Positions 20,834 through 29,416 of a DNA stretch of 64,000 nt are shown piece after piece. Origin of the DNA: an uncultured candidatus Brocadiaceae bacterium (GTDB lineage: Bacteria > Planctomycetota > Brocadiia > SM23-32); the NCBI GenBank assembly GCA_964421565.1, contig CAYQXJ010000014.1, positions 20,690-84,689 of the forward strand. Direction: 5' to 3'. The stretch's first letter is position 1, and every line of letters starts with the position of its first letter. The position numbers and the translations under genes are program-made. The notes beneath the pieces are model-generated. The model worked only from the letters and a program-made list of their open reading frames with translations, was not told the origin of the DNA and made no database searches.

Positions 20834-21765
20834 GCCTGATCTCCAGAAGCAGCGCTCGTCCCGCGCTCTGCCAGAAAGGCGTCCACTTCCCCGCGCGTGG
20901 GTATGCCCGCGCGTCCGCCGAGGGCGCGGCATTTCAGCGCCGCCGCGGCGCTGGCAAACACCAGGTTGCGCTCCAGGCACAAACCCTCGGCCAGACCATA
21001 GCAGAACGCCCCGTGAAACACGTCGCCCGCGCCCGTGGTGTCGATTACGTCCACCTCGAACGCCGACAGCCGGCGGAAGCGCTCGCCGTGCAGTGACGCC
21101 AGACCCCTGTCGCCGAGCGTCACGCAGACGTGCCGGGGGCCGAGCTGCTGGATGCCCTCGCAGGCCTGGCGAGCGTCGTCGGAGATGCTTTGGGCGCAAC
21201 TTTCTGAGACGATGGCATGGTCGATATAGGGCAGCAACTCGCGGAGCTTCTCGTTCACAGGGTGTCCGAAATCGGCGACGACGGGCACACCTCGGCGCCG
21301 GCACTCGCGGGCCGCGCGCAGCGCGCTGCCGTGATGGTGGCCGTCGATGAGGATACAGGCCGCCTGCGCGAGCCGTGCCGGGTCGCCCAGATCGGTCTGA
21401 TGCAGGTGGCCCCAGCCGACTCCGCCGGTAAACGTGCGCTCGCCCGTCGGCTCGTCCACGCACGCGATGACGGTGGGGCCCGTCTGACCTTCGATGCGGC
21501 GCACCTGGCTGGTGTCGACCCCTTCACGCGCCAGGTCGTCTATGATGCGCTGACCGACCAGATCGCTACCGACCGACGCCCATATCTCCGCCCGGCCACC
21601 CAGGCGAGCCACCGCCGTCATGGCGGTGCCGACCATGCCCCCGCCCTGGAGCTGTTGGCTCAGCACCCGGTTCCCGAAGACCGGCTTGCTCATGTCCTCC
21701 CACAGCAACACCTGGTCGAGGACGGCGACGCCGATGCCTATGACCTTTTTCGGCTGGTTCTGCAC
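20830..21765 (-). CDS. PfkB-family carbohydrate kinase
   Basis: GGG..GTA...ARLG, VTLGDRG, DTTGAGDVFHGAF. Confidence 0.92.
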   Translation of the reverse strand: MQNQPKKVIGIGVAVLDQVLLWEDMSKPVFGNRVLSQQLQGGGMVGTAMTAVARLGGRAEIWASVGSDLVGQRIIDDLAREGVDTSQVRRIEGQTGPTVIACVDEPTGERTFTGGVGWGHLHQTDLGDPARLAQAACILIDGHHHGSALRAARECRRRGVPVVADFGHPVNEKLRELLPYIDHAIVSESCAQSISDDARQACEGIQQLGPRHVCVTLGDRGLASLHGERFRRLSAFEVDVIDTTGAGDVFHGAFCYGLAEGLCLERNLVFASAAAALKCRALGGRAGIPTRGEVDAFLAERGTSAASGDQA

Positions 21766-21798
21766 GCGGGGCCTCGTGGTTCCTCGGTCTGGGGCGAG

Positions 21799-22752
21799 TC
21801 AATCCGTCTCGGAAGGGATCTCATTGATCACGTGCGCGCCCATGTCCCGCAGCATTCGCACCCACGAGGCAACGGTCTCCTCGTCAGGGGCCTCCACCCC
21901 TTCCATGCCTTCCCCCTCGATGCCGAAGCGTTCCCGCTTGCTGGTGCCCAGGCGGTGGTAGGGCATGACCTCGAGCCCGAGCAGGCCGGGAAGCTTGCGC
22001 GCCAGGTCGGCTACGCGGCGGAAGTGCTCCTTGCGGTCGTTCAGCCCGGGCACGACCGGCAGGCGCAACAGGACGGACGCTCCGGCTTCGTGAAGTTTGC
22101 GGAGGTTGGCGATGATAAGTTCGGTGGAGACGCCAGTGAACTCCACGTGGCGGCCGGGGTCGGTCTCCTTGATGTCGTAGAGGAACAGGTCCGTCAGCGG
22201 CATCACGCGTTCGAAGCGCGCGAACGTGACGTGGCCGCACGTCTCGATGGCATTGTGCAGCTTCTCTTCCTTCGCCACGCGGAGCAGCGCCTCGGCGAAG
22301 TCAATTTGCATCAGCGGCTCTCCCCCGGAGAGCGTCATCCCGCCCCCGCTGGTCTCGTAGAAGGGTCTGTCGCTAAGCACGTCTTGCATCACTTGCTCCA
22401 CCGTCGCCTCGCGACCCACGATCTCGAGCGCTCCGGCATAGCATTCCTCCGCGCATTTGCCGCAGACCACACAGCGGGCACGGTCGAGCAGGTGACGCCC
22501 GTCCTGCATTTGGTGGGCCTCGTTGGGACAGACGCGGAAGCAGTAGCCGCAGCCGATGCAACGGTCCGGCAGGAAGCTGAGAAGCGGCCCGGCGTCGATG
22601 CCTTCCGAATTGTGGCACCAGACGCAGCGGAGCGGACAGCCCTTCATGAAGATGGTGGTGCGTATGCCGGGCCCGTCGTGGATGGAGAAGCGCTGGATGT
22701 CGAAGATGCGGCCGCTGACGGCGTTCAGCTTGCTGATGGGGGTTGTGCGCAT
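21799..22752 (-). CDS. Glycyl-radical enzyme activating protein (radical SAM with ferredoxin insert)
   Basis: IQRFSIHDGPGIRTT, GCPLRCVWCHN, two CxxCxxCxxxC motifs, SGGEP, MPYHRLG; TATAAT on the minus strand at 22799-22794. Confidence 0.93.
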   Translation of the reverse strand: MRTTPISKLNAVSGRIFDIQRFSIHDGPGIRTTIFMKGCPLRCVWCHNSEGIDAGPLLSFLPDRCIGCGYCFRVCPNEAHQMQDGRHLLDRARCVVCGKCAEECYAGALEIVGREATVEQVMQDVLSDRPFYETSGGGMTLSGGEPLMQIDFAEALLRVAKEEKLHNAIETCGHVTFARFERVMPLTDLFLYDIKETDPGRHVEFTGVSTELIIANLRKLHEAGASVLLRLPVVPGLNDRKEHFRRVADLARKLPGLLGLEVMPYHRLGTSKRERFGIEGEGMEGVEAPDEETVASWVRMLRDMGAHVINEIPSETD

Positions 22753-22834
22753 GATGCGGGGCCACCCTGAGACTGCAGTTTCCTTCCCGATGTATTATAG
22801 GCGGGGCGGCTGCGGCCCCGCCACTGGAGAGCGT

Positions 22835-23839
22835 CTAACCTTTTAAGGCGACGTCACGCATGGCGATGTAGTTCTCCTGCGGCACGTATGCGGGGATACT
22901 GTTCCCGGAGCCGAGGGCATAGCCTCCCCGTCCTTCGGTGCGTTCGAGCATGGCCCGGCAGCGCTCCTTGATCCGCTCGGGCGTGGAGCGGCAGAGGAAG
23001 TCCACGTCGATGCCGCCCAGGATGGCGATGCGCTTTCCCCACTGTTCGTAGGCCTGCTCCACCGGCAAGATCTGGTCTTCGTAGCTGTGCTTGCCGTCGT
23101 AGCCGATTGTGTCGATTACGTCGTCCATCACCCCCGCCAGGTTGCCGCACGAGTGCAATACGGCGGGTTTGCCCGCGGCGTGGATGGCGGCGACGATGCG
23201 CTGATGCCAGGGAATCACCCAGCGGCGCATCTGTTCGGGGCGCAGCATCGTCTGCGTTTTGAAGCCCCAGTCGTCATTGCCCATCAGGGCGCCGACCGTA
23301 TCGTAGCCGGCGCAGAGTTCGTAGTAACGAACGAGCCGGCTGCCGATGGCCTCGAAGATCTCGTCCACCAGTTCGGGCTCGTCGAGGCTCAGATAGCAGA
23401 GCCGTTCATAGCCCACGAGGCCGACCGCGTTCTCCAGCACGCCGCCGGGCCCCCAGACGGTCAGCTTCATCCCTTCCGGCAGGGGGGACTGGGCCAGGGC
23501 AGAGTAGTCGCACGCGTCGGGCTCGGGCCATGCGTAGGCCTCGAAGCTCTCACGATCGGTGATCAGAGCTCCCTGGTTCATGGAGACGGTGGATTCCTTG
23601 GCCCGCTCACCTTTGGGGAAGGCGAAACCGCCGGCGTGGCAGAGCATGTAGTCGTAGCCCAGGTTGCGCCAGGCCAGCAGCAGGTAACGGCTCCGGGGGC
23701 CGCTCCAGTCTTCCGGCACGCCGGGTTCGGCGAACCGCTTGATCAGCTCGCCGTTGACGGGCAGTTCGAACAGCACGGGGTGGTCGGGCTCGTCGCCGCC
23801 CAGCACGCGGACCAACTGGCTGAAATCGGGAGCGCGCAT
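22835..23839 (-). CDS. Uroporphyrinogen decarboxylase/MtaA-CmuA-like family protein
   Basis: GNDDWGFK, LHSCGN, LGGIDVD, GSGNSIP. Confidence 0.85.
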   Translation of the reverse strand: MRAPDFSQLVRVLGGDEPDHPVLFELPVNGELIKRFAEPGVPEDWSGPRSRYLLLAWRNLGYDYMLCHAGGFAFPKGERAKESTVSMNQGALITDRESFEAYAWPEPDACDYSALAQSPLPEGMKLTVWGPGGVLENAVGLVGYERLCYLSLDEPELVDEIFEAIGSRLVRYYELCAGYDTVGALMGNDDWGFKTQTMLRPEQMRRWVIPWHQRIVAAIHAAGKPAVLHSCGNLAGVMDDVIDTIGYDGKHSYEDQILPVEQAYEQWGKRIAILGGIDVDFLCRSTPERIKERCRAMLERTEGRGGYALGSGNSIPAYVPQENYIAMRDVALKG

Positions 23840-23997
23840 GGCTTCTCCACTGACAGTGCAACGGGAAGCGCCCACGTTACAGCGGGCTGCGCCACTGCGC
23901 AACCGCAGCGACGGGCACTGGAGGGCGCGGCCCGCCTGCGGTACACTGTGTGCGTCCGGAATCCCCGCACTCCGCGCTTTCCTTAGAGGAGCCTGCA

Positions 23998-25434
23998 ATG
24001 CGCATCCCCGTCTCCGCCGCACTCATCACCCTCTTTCTCTTGTCGGTGTCAGCCATGGCCCAGCAGAACCCCGCCCGCGACCTTCCGCGCCCCGAACCGC
24101 CGGCGAACTCCGATCAGCTCGGCGCAGGCATCCAGCGGCCCATGACCCTTATGGCCACCAGCACGCCAGAGCGACGCAACACGGTCAAGGTGCTCTACTA
24201 CGGCCAGTCGATCACCAACCAGCAGTGGACCGACCAGGTCAGCGAACACCTCCGGCAGACGTATTCCCACGCCGACCTGCAGTTCGAGAAGCTCTCCCTG
24301 GGCGGCTTCGCCAGCCAGAGGCTGGTGCGCACCACGGATTACGACGTACTGCCGTACTACCCGGACCTGCTGGTCTTCCACGTTTTGGGCGACCACCGGC
24401 GCTACGAGGATATCATCATCAAGGTCCGCCAGAAGACCACCGCCCAGATCGCCATCTGGAATGATCACATAACCCGCCTGCCGACGTCGCCCGACGATTG
24501 GAGCGAGCAGATGTCCTACAAGTTCATACCGAGCTACGCCGAACGCTACGGCTGTTACCTGATGGATATCCGCACGCCGTGGAAGGAGTACCTGCTGAAG
24601 CATGGCTTCGAGCCGAAGAAGTTCCTGCGCGACGGCGTGCACTTGAACGACAACGGCAACTGGCTTCTGGCGACCCTCATCAACGACCGTCTGCTTTACA
24701 ACCCCAAGCTGCCCCGTGACTGGCAGGACCTGGTGCGCGACTATGCTGTCGGCGAAGATGTCGAGTGGCAGGACGGCCGGCTGAAGCTGGAGTTCACGGG
24801 CAACCGTGTCGATGTCGTCAGCGCGTGGACAGGGGGGGGCGAGCCCGGGCATGCGAAGGTGCTTATCGACGGCAAGGCCCCCAGTGAGCATCCGGAAGTC
24901 TACTACCACGCACGCCCGACGGGCACACCCCACATCGGATGGCCAGCCATCAAGCGTATCGGCCACCGCGTACCGCTGCTGCAGGAGCAATGGACGGCGA
25001 GAGTCTGGGGCTTCAACGAGGATGCCACGGATTTCCAGTTCGAGGTCACCGGTTCGGTTACTGGCCCGGACGGGCGTGGGCGCGGTGCCGAGACCTTCGT
25101 CTCGGAGTCCGGCCGGGTCGTGATCGAGCCGCAGGACTGGACCTACGACTACGATTGGAGCCTGGCTCAGCGACGCAATGATGCGCCACGTCTGCCGCAG
25201 GAGCATGTCGTCCGGTGGCAGACCAGGGCGATAGCTGAGGACACCTACGCGCCGGAGAAGGTCGAAGACCCCTCCATGACATACGCCACGGTGCTCGCGC
25301 AAGGACTCCAGAACGCGCGGCACACGCTGGAGCTGCTGAGCAGTTTTGGAGGGCCGATGCCGATCGGCGCAATCCGCGTCTACGAGCCGCCTCTGAAGCA
25401 GGTCGAACCGCTTCACGGCCAGCCCGTGCAGTAG
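23998..25434 (+). CDS. Secreted SGNH/GDSL-like hydrolase
   Basis: Signal peptide ending AMA-QQ; YGQSIT block I and DGVHLN block V; beta-rich C-terminal extension. Confidence 0.72.
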   Translation: MRIPVSAALITLFLLSVSAMAQQNPARDLPRPEPPANSDQLGAGIQRPMTLMATSTPERRNTVKVLYYGQSITNQQWTDQVSEHLRQTYSHADLQFEKLSLGGFASQRLVRTTDYDVLPYYPDLLVFHVLGDHRRYEDIIIKVRQKTTAQIAIWNDHITRLPTSPDDWSEQMSYKFIPSYAERYGCYLMDIRTPWKEYLLKHGFEPKKFLRDGVHLNDNGNWLLATLINDRLLYNPKLPRDWQDLVRDYAVGEDVEWQDGRLKLEFTGNRVDVVSAWTGGGEPGHAKVLIDGKAPSEHPEVYYHARPTGTPHIGWPAIKRIGHRVPLLQEQWTARVWGFNEDATDFQFEVTGSVTGPDGRGRGAETFVSESGRVVIEPQDWTYDYDWSLAQRRNDAPRLPQEHVVRWQTRAIAEDTYAPEKVEDPSMTYATVLAQGLQNARHTLELLSSFGGPMPIGAIRVYEPPLKQVEPLHGQPVQ

Positions 25435-25452
25435 GGGTGGGAAGAGGGTGAC

Positions 25453-26451
25453 ATGCTTCGCGGGTGTTACCGGCTCTGGGCTCTCGCCATTTTGACGGTT
25501 CTGGCCGGCTGCACGGCGCAGCCGGTCGGAACAATGCGCAGAAGTGGAGCGACGGCAGTGGAACGCATTGACTTCCATGGATGGCGCGACTGCTACCGGT
25601 TGAGCAACGGCGAGGCGGAGGTGGTCTTCGTGCCGCAGGTGGCGCGCATCATGCGCTATGCGCCTGCGGGTGGCGAAAACGTGCTGTGGGTGAACCCCCA
25701 GACGACGCCCGATGCAGTCGGCAACGGCGAGCCGCCGCACGTCGGCGGCTGGGTGAACTACGGCGGCTACAAGCTATGGCCGGCCCCGCAGCAGCGCTGG
25801 GGATGGCCTCCGCCGAGCGCACTGGACAGCGGACAGTGCACGCTCGAGGTCGAAGAGGGGGCGCTCCACGTGAGAGGCCAGGTCGACGAACACATCGGGA
25901 TCCGCTTCGACCGCGTCATCCGGCTCGCGCCGCAGGGCACACGGGTTGACCTGCAGCAGAAGATGGTGAACGTCTCGGCTGAGCCGGTCACGTGGGCCGT
26001 CTGGGACGTAACGCAGATCCCGTCGGCCTGCGTCGTATTCGTGCCACTTGCGCCCGGCTCGGACTATTACACACAGGAAGGCCTGCGCCTGAGCAACCAG
26101 TGGAGGCGGGTCGATTCGGTTCTGCTGTTGAGGCCGGAAGGGGAGCCGGAAAAGGTCTTTGTAAAGGGCGGGCCGGGCTGGCTCGGGGCGAAGGTATCGG
26201 GGCGCATATTCATCAAGATGTTCCGCCTCTCGCACATCAGCGCACCGGCGCCGGAGGCACCACGGGAAGTTTGGACCGGAGACACCGGCTACGTTGAGCT
26301 GGAGGTCGTCGGGCCACAGACGACGCTGATGCCGGGCGAGAGCGCAACGCTGGCGGAGACGTGGTTTCTGTGTTCGGCAGGCGCCGACGCGGAGACTGAC
26401 GGGCAGGTCGCGGCCGCCGCGCGCGCCTGCGCGCAGAAGGCGCACCGCTGA
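25453..26451 (+). CDS. Lipoprotein, DUF4380/galactose-mutarotase-like fold
   Basis: Lipobox LAGC; GW..CYRLSNG, NYGGYKLWPAPQ, WDVTQ, YVELEV. Confidence 0.7.
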   Translation: MLRGCYRLWALAILTVLAGCTAQPVGTMRRSGATAVERIDFHGWRDCYRLSNGEAEVVFVPQVARIMRYAPAGGENVLWVNPQTTPDAVGNGEPPHVGGWVNYGGYKLWPAPQQRWGWPPPSALDSGQCTLEVEEGALHVRGQVDEHIGIRFDRVIRLAPQGTRVDLQQKMVNVSAEPVTWAVWDVTQIPSACVVFVPLAPGSDYYTQEGLRLSNQWRRVDSVLLLRPEGEPEKVFVKGGPGWLGAKVSGRIFIKMFRLSHISAPAPEAPREVWTGDTGYVELEVVGPQTTLMPGESATLAETWFLCSAGADAETDGQVAAAARACAQKAHR

Positions 26452-26463
26452 GGCGCTGCTGCC

Positions 26464-26502
26464 AGGGGGTGGTGAGGCCTTACTAACGCGCCTCTACCCC
26501 CT
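26464..26502 (+). terminator. Imperfect hairpin downstream of the lipoprotein gene
   Basis: AGGGGGT/ACCCCCT and GAGGC/GCCTC stems; followed by TAAG only. Confidence 0.35.
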
Positions 26503-26551
26503 TAAGCGGGTGGGGCCCCATGTCCTGGCATAGGGAACTGGAACCGATTGA

Positions 26552-26766
26552 CTGACCCGCGCCGGCTGGTGGACCTCCGCCACCCTCGTGCCCGGCGAGC
26601 TGCGCGAGACCCTCACCGCCGAGGTCGTCCGGGAACACGTCCATGTTCGATTTGCTCTGCTACCGGCGCCTACTGGCGAGACAGGACCTGCCGGACAAAG
26701 CATGCGGGCGGCTCACGCGTGCCCTTCTGGCCGCAGTGCAGGCGCAGGTGCAGGCTGGCCGCATGA
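26552..26766 (+). pseudogene. Possible frameshifted gene remnant
   Basis: Protein-like helical text changes frame near 26640 (LVPGELRETLTAEVVREH, then MFDLLCYRRLLARQDLPDKACGRLTRALLAAVQAQV); no RBS and no complete ORF. Confidence 0.3.
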
Positions 26767-26865
26767 GATCGGCTGCCAAAGGGCTGAACGGCCGCGGCTG
26801 CGTAGAGGGCTGCGAACTCTCGCTGCCCCGGACCGCTCGGGCAGCGCGGCTTTGGGGTTTCGACC

Positions 26866-26914
26866 TTGACGTGCCGCCCCGAATAGGATAAAGTATCTAA
26901 ATATAAAGATACTT
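26866..26914 (+). promoter_or_regulatory. Sigma70 promoter with overlapping palindromic operator (probable ArsR site)
   Basis: TTGACG (26866-26871), 17 nt, TAAAGT (26889-26894); inverted repeat AAGTATCT-N8-AGATACTT (26891-26914) covers the -10 and the start site. Confidence 0.75.
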
Positions 26915-27046
26915 CGATGAAGCGGGCCGGTGGGGCGGTCCGACAGTCGAGGGGGCGAGGATATGCATCCCGGGGCAATCTGAGCAGAATCCGGCGGGGG
27001 GCCTCTGCCGGGAGCCAGCCATCACCAAGCGCGGGAGGAGTCGCGC

Positions 27047-27337
27047 ATGAGACCACAGGTCGAAGATGATGCTGCAATGTTCAAGGCGCTCTCCGATCCC
27101 CTGCGTCTGCGGCTTTTGAGCCTGCTGCCGACCAGCGGCGACAAGCGGGAGTTCTGCGTCTGCGATCTGGCCCGCAAGCTCGACGTCAGCCAGCCCTGCC
27201 TGTCGCACCATCTGAACATCCTCAAGAATGCGAGTCTGATCGGGTTTGAGAAAGACGGCTGCAGCACGTTCTACTACGTCGAAGATGATGAAATGCAGCA
27301 GAGACTGCGTGACTTTCAGAAGAGAATGAAACTGTGA
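27047..27337 (+). CDS. ArsR/SmtB-family transcriptional repressor
   Basis: FKALSDPLRLRLL, EFCVCDLA, SQP.LSHHL..LK; GGAGGAG RBS. Confidence 0.93.
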   Translation: MRPQVEDDAAMFKALSDPLRLRLLSLLPTSGDKREFCVCDLARKLDVSQPCLSHHLNILKNASLIGFEKDGCSTFYYVEDDEMQQRLRDFQKRMKL

Positions 27338-28365
27338 AGACGGCACTGATATACGACGAGATGACGCCCGACGGCCGGGCCGGCTGGGTGGAGGCCGAGT
27401 ATGAATCGCCCGAGACAATACAGGCGCTGCTGGACGCCATAGCGGAGCATTGCGATGAGGCGGTGGCGGTGCCTTTTGATGAGGGCCTCATCGGCCGGCT
27501 CCACATGGAACGTCCGGACCTGGCCTTCAACATCGCGGAAGGGCGCGCGGGGGCATCGCGCGAAACCATCGTCCCCTGCGTGCTGGAATACCTTCAGGTA
27601 CCTTACACCGGCTCGGACGGCGTTGCGCTGGGGGTGTCGCTGAATAAGGCGATGACCAAGCAGCTTGCCATGCGCGCGGGAGTGCCGACGCCGGAGTTCT
27701 CACTGTTCCGCGAGACGTGGCAGGTGGAGGAGGCAGCCGGAAGCCTGCCATATCCTGTGCTGGCCAAGCCCAACTACGGTGGCTCCAGCGTAGGCATTGA
27801 GCTGGACAGCGTGGTCGAGGGCCCGGACCGGCTGGTGCCCGTTGTGCAGGAGCACCTGCGCGTCTACGAGCAGCCCTGCCTGGTGGAGCGTTACGTGCGG
27901 GGGAGCGACGTGACGGTCGGGTTGCTCGGCAGTGAGCAGGGCGCGGGCATCGAGGTCCTCCCCGTTGGACGCATCGAAGCCCCCGACGGACTCTACTCCG
28001 CTCACGTTAAGCAGTCTCACGAGCGACGCGTCCTCTGCCCCTGCGACCTGCCCGAGGGCGTCGAGGAGCAGTTGATCGACTGGGCGCTGCGCGTTTACCG
28101 GGCGATTGGCGCACGCGACTTCGCGCGGGTGGACTTCATGGTCGACGAGGGCGGCGAGGCACACTTCCTGGAGATCAACCCCTTGCCCGGGCTGAGCCCC
28201 TTCTACGGGGTGTATCCTGTGCTGGCAACGGCTGCCGGTTACGACCACAGCGCCCTCATAGGCCGGATCATGGAGGTGGCAATGGACAGATACGCACGCA
28301 AAACGAGGAGCATGCAGCATGGACGACTGGCAACAGCAGTTGCGCAACAGCATCACAACTGTTGA
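27334..28365 (+). CDS. D-Ala-D-Ala-ligase-like ATP-grasp peptide ligase
   Basis: FNIAEG, PYTGSD, NKAMTK, KPNYGGSSVGI, ARVDF, LEINPLPGL; N-terminal AEYESPETI as seen in KamA-associated Ddl-like proteins; GTG start overlaps the ArsR stop. Confidence 0.88.
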   Translation: MKTALIYDEMTPDGRAGWVEAEYESPETIQALLDAIAEHCDEAVAVPFDEGLIGRLHMERPDLAFNIAEGRAGASRETIVPCVLEYLQVPYTGSDGVALGVSLNKAMTKQLAMRAGVPTPEFSLFRETWQVEEAAGSLPYPVLAKPNYGGSSVGIELDSVVEGPDRLVPVVQEHLRVYEQPCLVERYVRGSDVTVGLLGSEQGAGIEVLPVGRIEAPDGLYSAHVKQSHERRVLCPCDLPEGVEEQLIDWALRVYRAIGARDFARVDFMVDEGGEAHFLEINPLPGLSPFYGVYPVLATAAGYDHSALIGRIMEVAMDRYARKTRSMQHGRLATAVAQQHHNC

Positions 28366-29416
28366 GCAACTTGAGAGATACGTGAATCTGACGCCCGAAG
28401 AGCGCGAGGGGATAGCGCGCATTCAAGGCGTCTTCAACTGGGGCATTAGCCCTTACTACGCGTCGCTTATGGAACGCGACGATCCCCAATGCCCGGTGCG
28501 CCTGCAGGTGGTGCCGCGTATTCAGGAACGGCATGACGAGCTCGGCGTGTGGGACCCGCTCAAGGAAGAGGACCACAGCCCCGTCGAGAATCTGATCCAC
28601 GTCTATCCGGATCGCGTGGCGTTCTGCGTCAGCAGCGTCTGTGCCACGTTCTGCCGGTTCTGCCTGCGCAAGCGGATGGTGGATACGCGCGGTTCGGCCA
28701 TCACGGCGGCGAACTTCGAGGAAGGGCTCGACTACATCCGCGCGAACCCCGCCATACGCGACGTGCTGCTGACCGGCGGTGATCCACTGTTGATGGAGGA
28801 CGAGCGCGTTGAAGAGGTAGTGGCCAGGGTGCACGAGATACCGCATGTCGAGCTGGTGCGCATCGGCAGCCGCACGCCGTGTACACTGCCTATGCGGATC
28901 ACGGACGAACTGATGCGGCGCCTGAGCAAGTACCAGCCCTTCTGGATCAATACCCATTTCAACCACCCGAAAGAGCTGACCGAGGAGGCTGTAGCAGCCT
29001 GCGGACGCATCGTCGACGCCGGCATCCCCATGGGCAACCAGACCGTCTTCATGGCGGGCATCAACGACGACACTGAGGTGCTGAAGGAACTCGGCGAACG
29101 GCTGGTCGCGGCGCGCGTCAGGCCTTACTACCTCTACCAGTGCCAGGTGCTCAAGGGAACGGCCCATTTCCGTGTGCCGATTGAGCAGGGCATACGTATC
29201 GTGCGGGGGCTGCGGGGGCGCACCAGCGGATTCGCCATCCCGCAGTACGTCCTCGACACGCCTTACGGTAAAGTGCCGCTCAATTATGACTACTTGAAGG
29301 GGCGCGACGGGGAAGACATGGTCATGGAAACCTTCTCGGGCAAGATCTGGCGCGAGCCAAACTCCCTGCGCAGGTGTGCAACATGTCAGGCGGATCCGAA
29401 CCTCGTCTCATCCTAA
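28319..29416 (+). CDS. KamA-family radical SAM/PLP 2,3-aminomutase
   Basis: DWQQQLRN, DPL.E, HVYPDR, CATFCRFC, LLTGGDPL, RIGSRTP, NTHFNHPKE, PYYLYQC, GKVP (PLP lysine). Confidence 0.93.
   Translation: MDDWQQQLRNSITTVEQLERYVNLTPEEREGIARIQGVFNWGISPYYASLMERDDPQCPVRLQVVPRIQERHDELGVWDPLKEEDHSPVENLIHVYPDRVAFCVSSVCATFCRFCLRKRMVDTRGSAITAANFEEGLDYIRANPAIRDVLLTGGDPLLMEDERVEEVVARVHEIPHVELVRIGSRTPCTLPMRITDELMRRLSKYQPFWINTHFNHPKELTEEAVAACGRIVDAGIPMGNQTVFMAGINDDTEVLKELGERLVAARVRPYYLYQCQVLKGTAHFRVPIEQGIRIVRGLRGRTSGFAIPQYVLDTPYGKVPLNYDYLKGRDGEDMVMETFSGKIWREPNSLRRCATCQADPNLVSS

Noticed and set aside
18770-21463. Apparent long N-terminal extensions or fusions in track ORFs (FHA 337 aa, HDAC 548 aa, also secE, rpoB and the 55517 sulfatase)
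   Set aside because: The extensions overlap neighbouring genes and are low-complexity; downstream ATGs with an RBS or coupled stop give family-typical starts.
26481-26487. TACTAAC in a hairpin loop (spliceosomal branch-point consensus)
   Set aside because: The context is bacterial, and a single 7-mer is expected by chance.
26963-27046. ATG...TGA in frame with ArsR and followed by a GC hairpin, suggesting selenocysteine readthrough
   Set aside because: The extension (MHPGAI*AESGGGPLPG...) has no redox-motif context, and ArsR has its own strong RBS at 27047; the hairpin is more simply a 5' UTR structure.
26917-27069. 50-codon Arg/Gly-rich ORF in the operon leader as a possible precursor peptide for the ATP-grasp enzymes
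   Set aside because: No RBS, composition is what a random GC-rich frame gives, and it lacks the repeated core motifs of graspetide precursors. It would need conservation or ribosome-profiling evidence.
27334-28365. Calling this the housekeeping ddl for peptidoglycan
   Set aside because: The N-terminus lacks the GG.S.E motif of true Ddl, and the context is KamA rather than mur/dcw genes.
28319-29416. Calling this epmB (EF-P beta-lysylation) or ablA (osmolyte synthesis)
   Set aside because: No efp, epmA or ablB acetyltransferase is adjacent, and a lysine-binding Asp is replaced.
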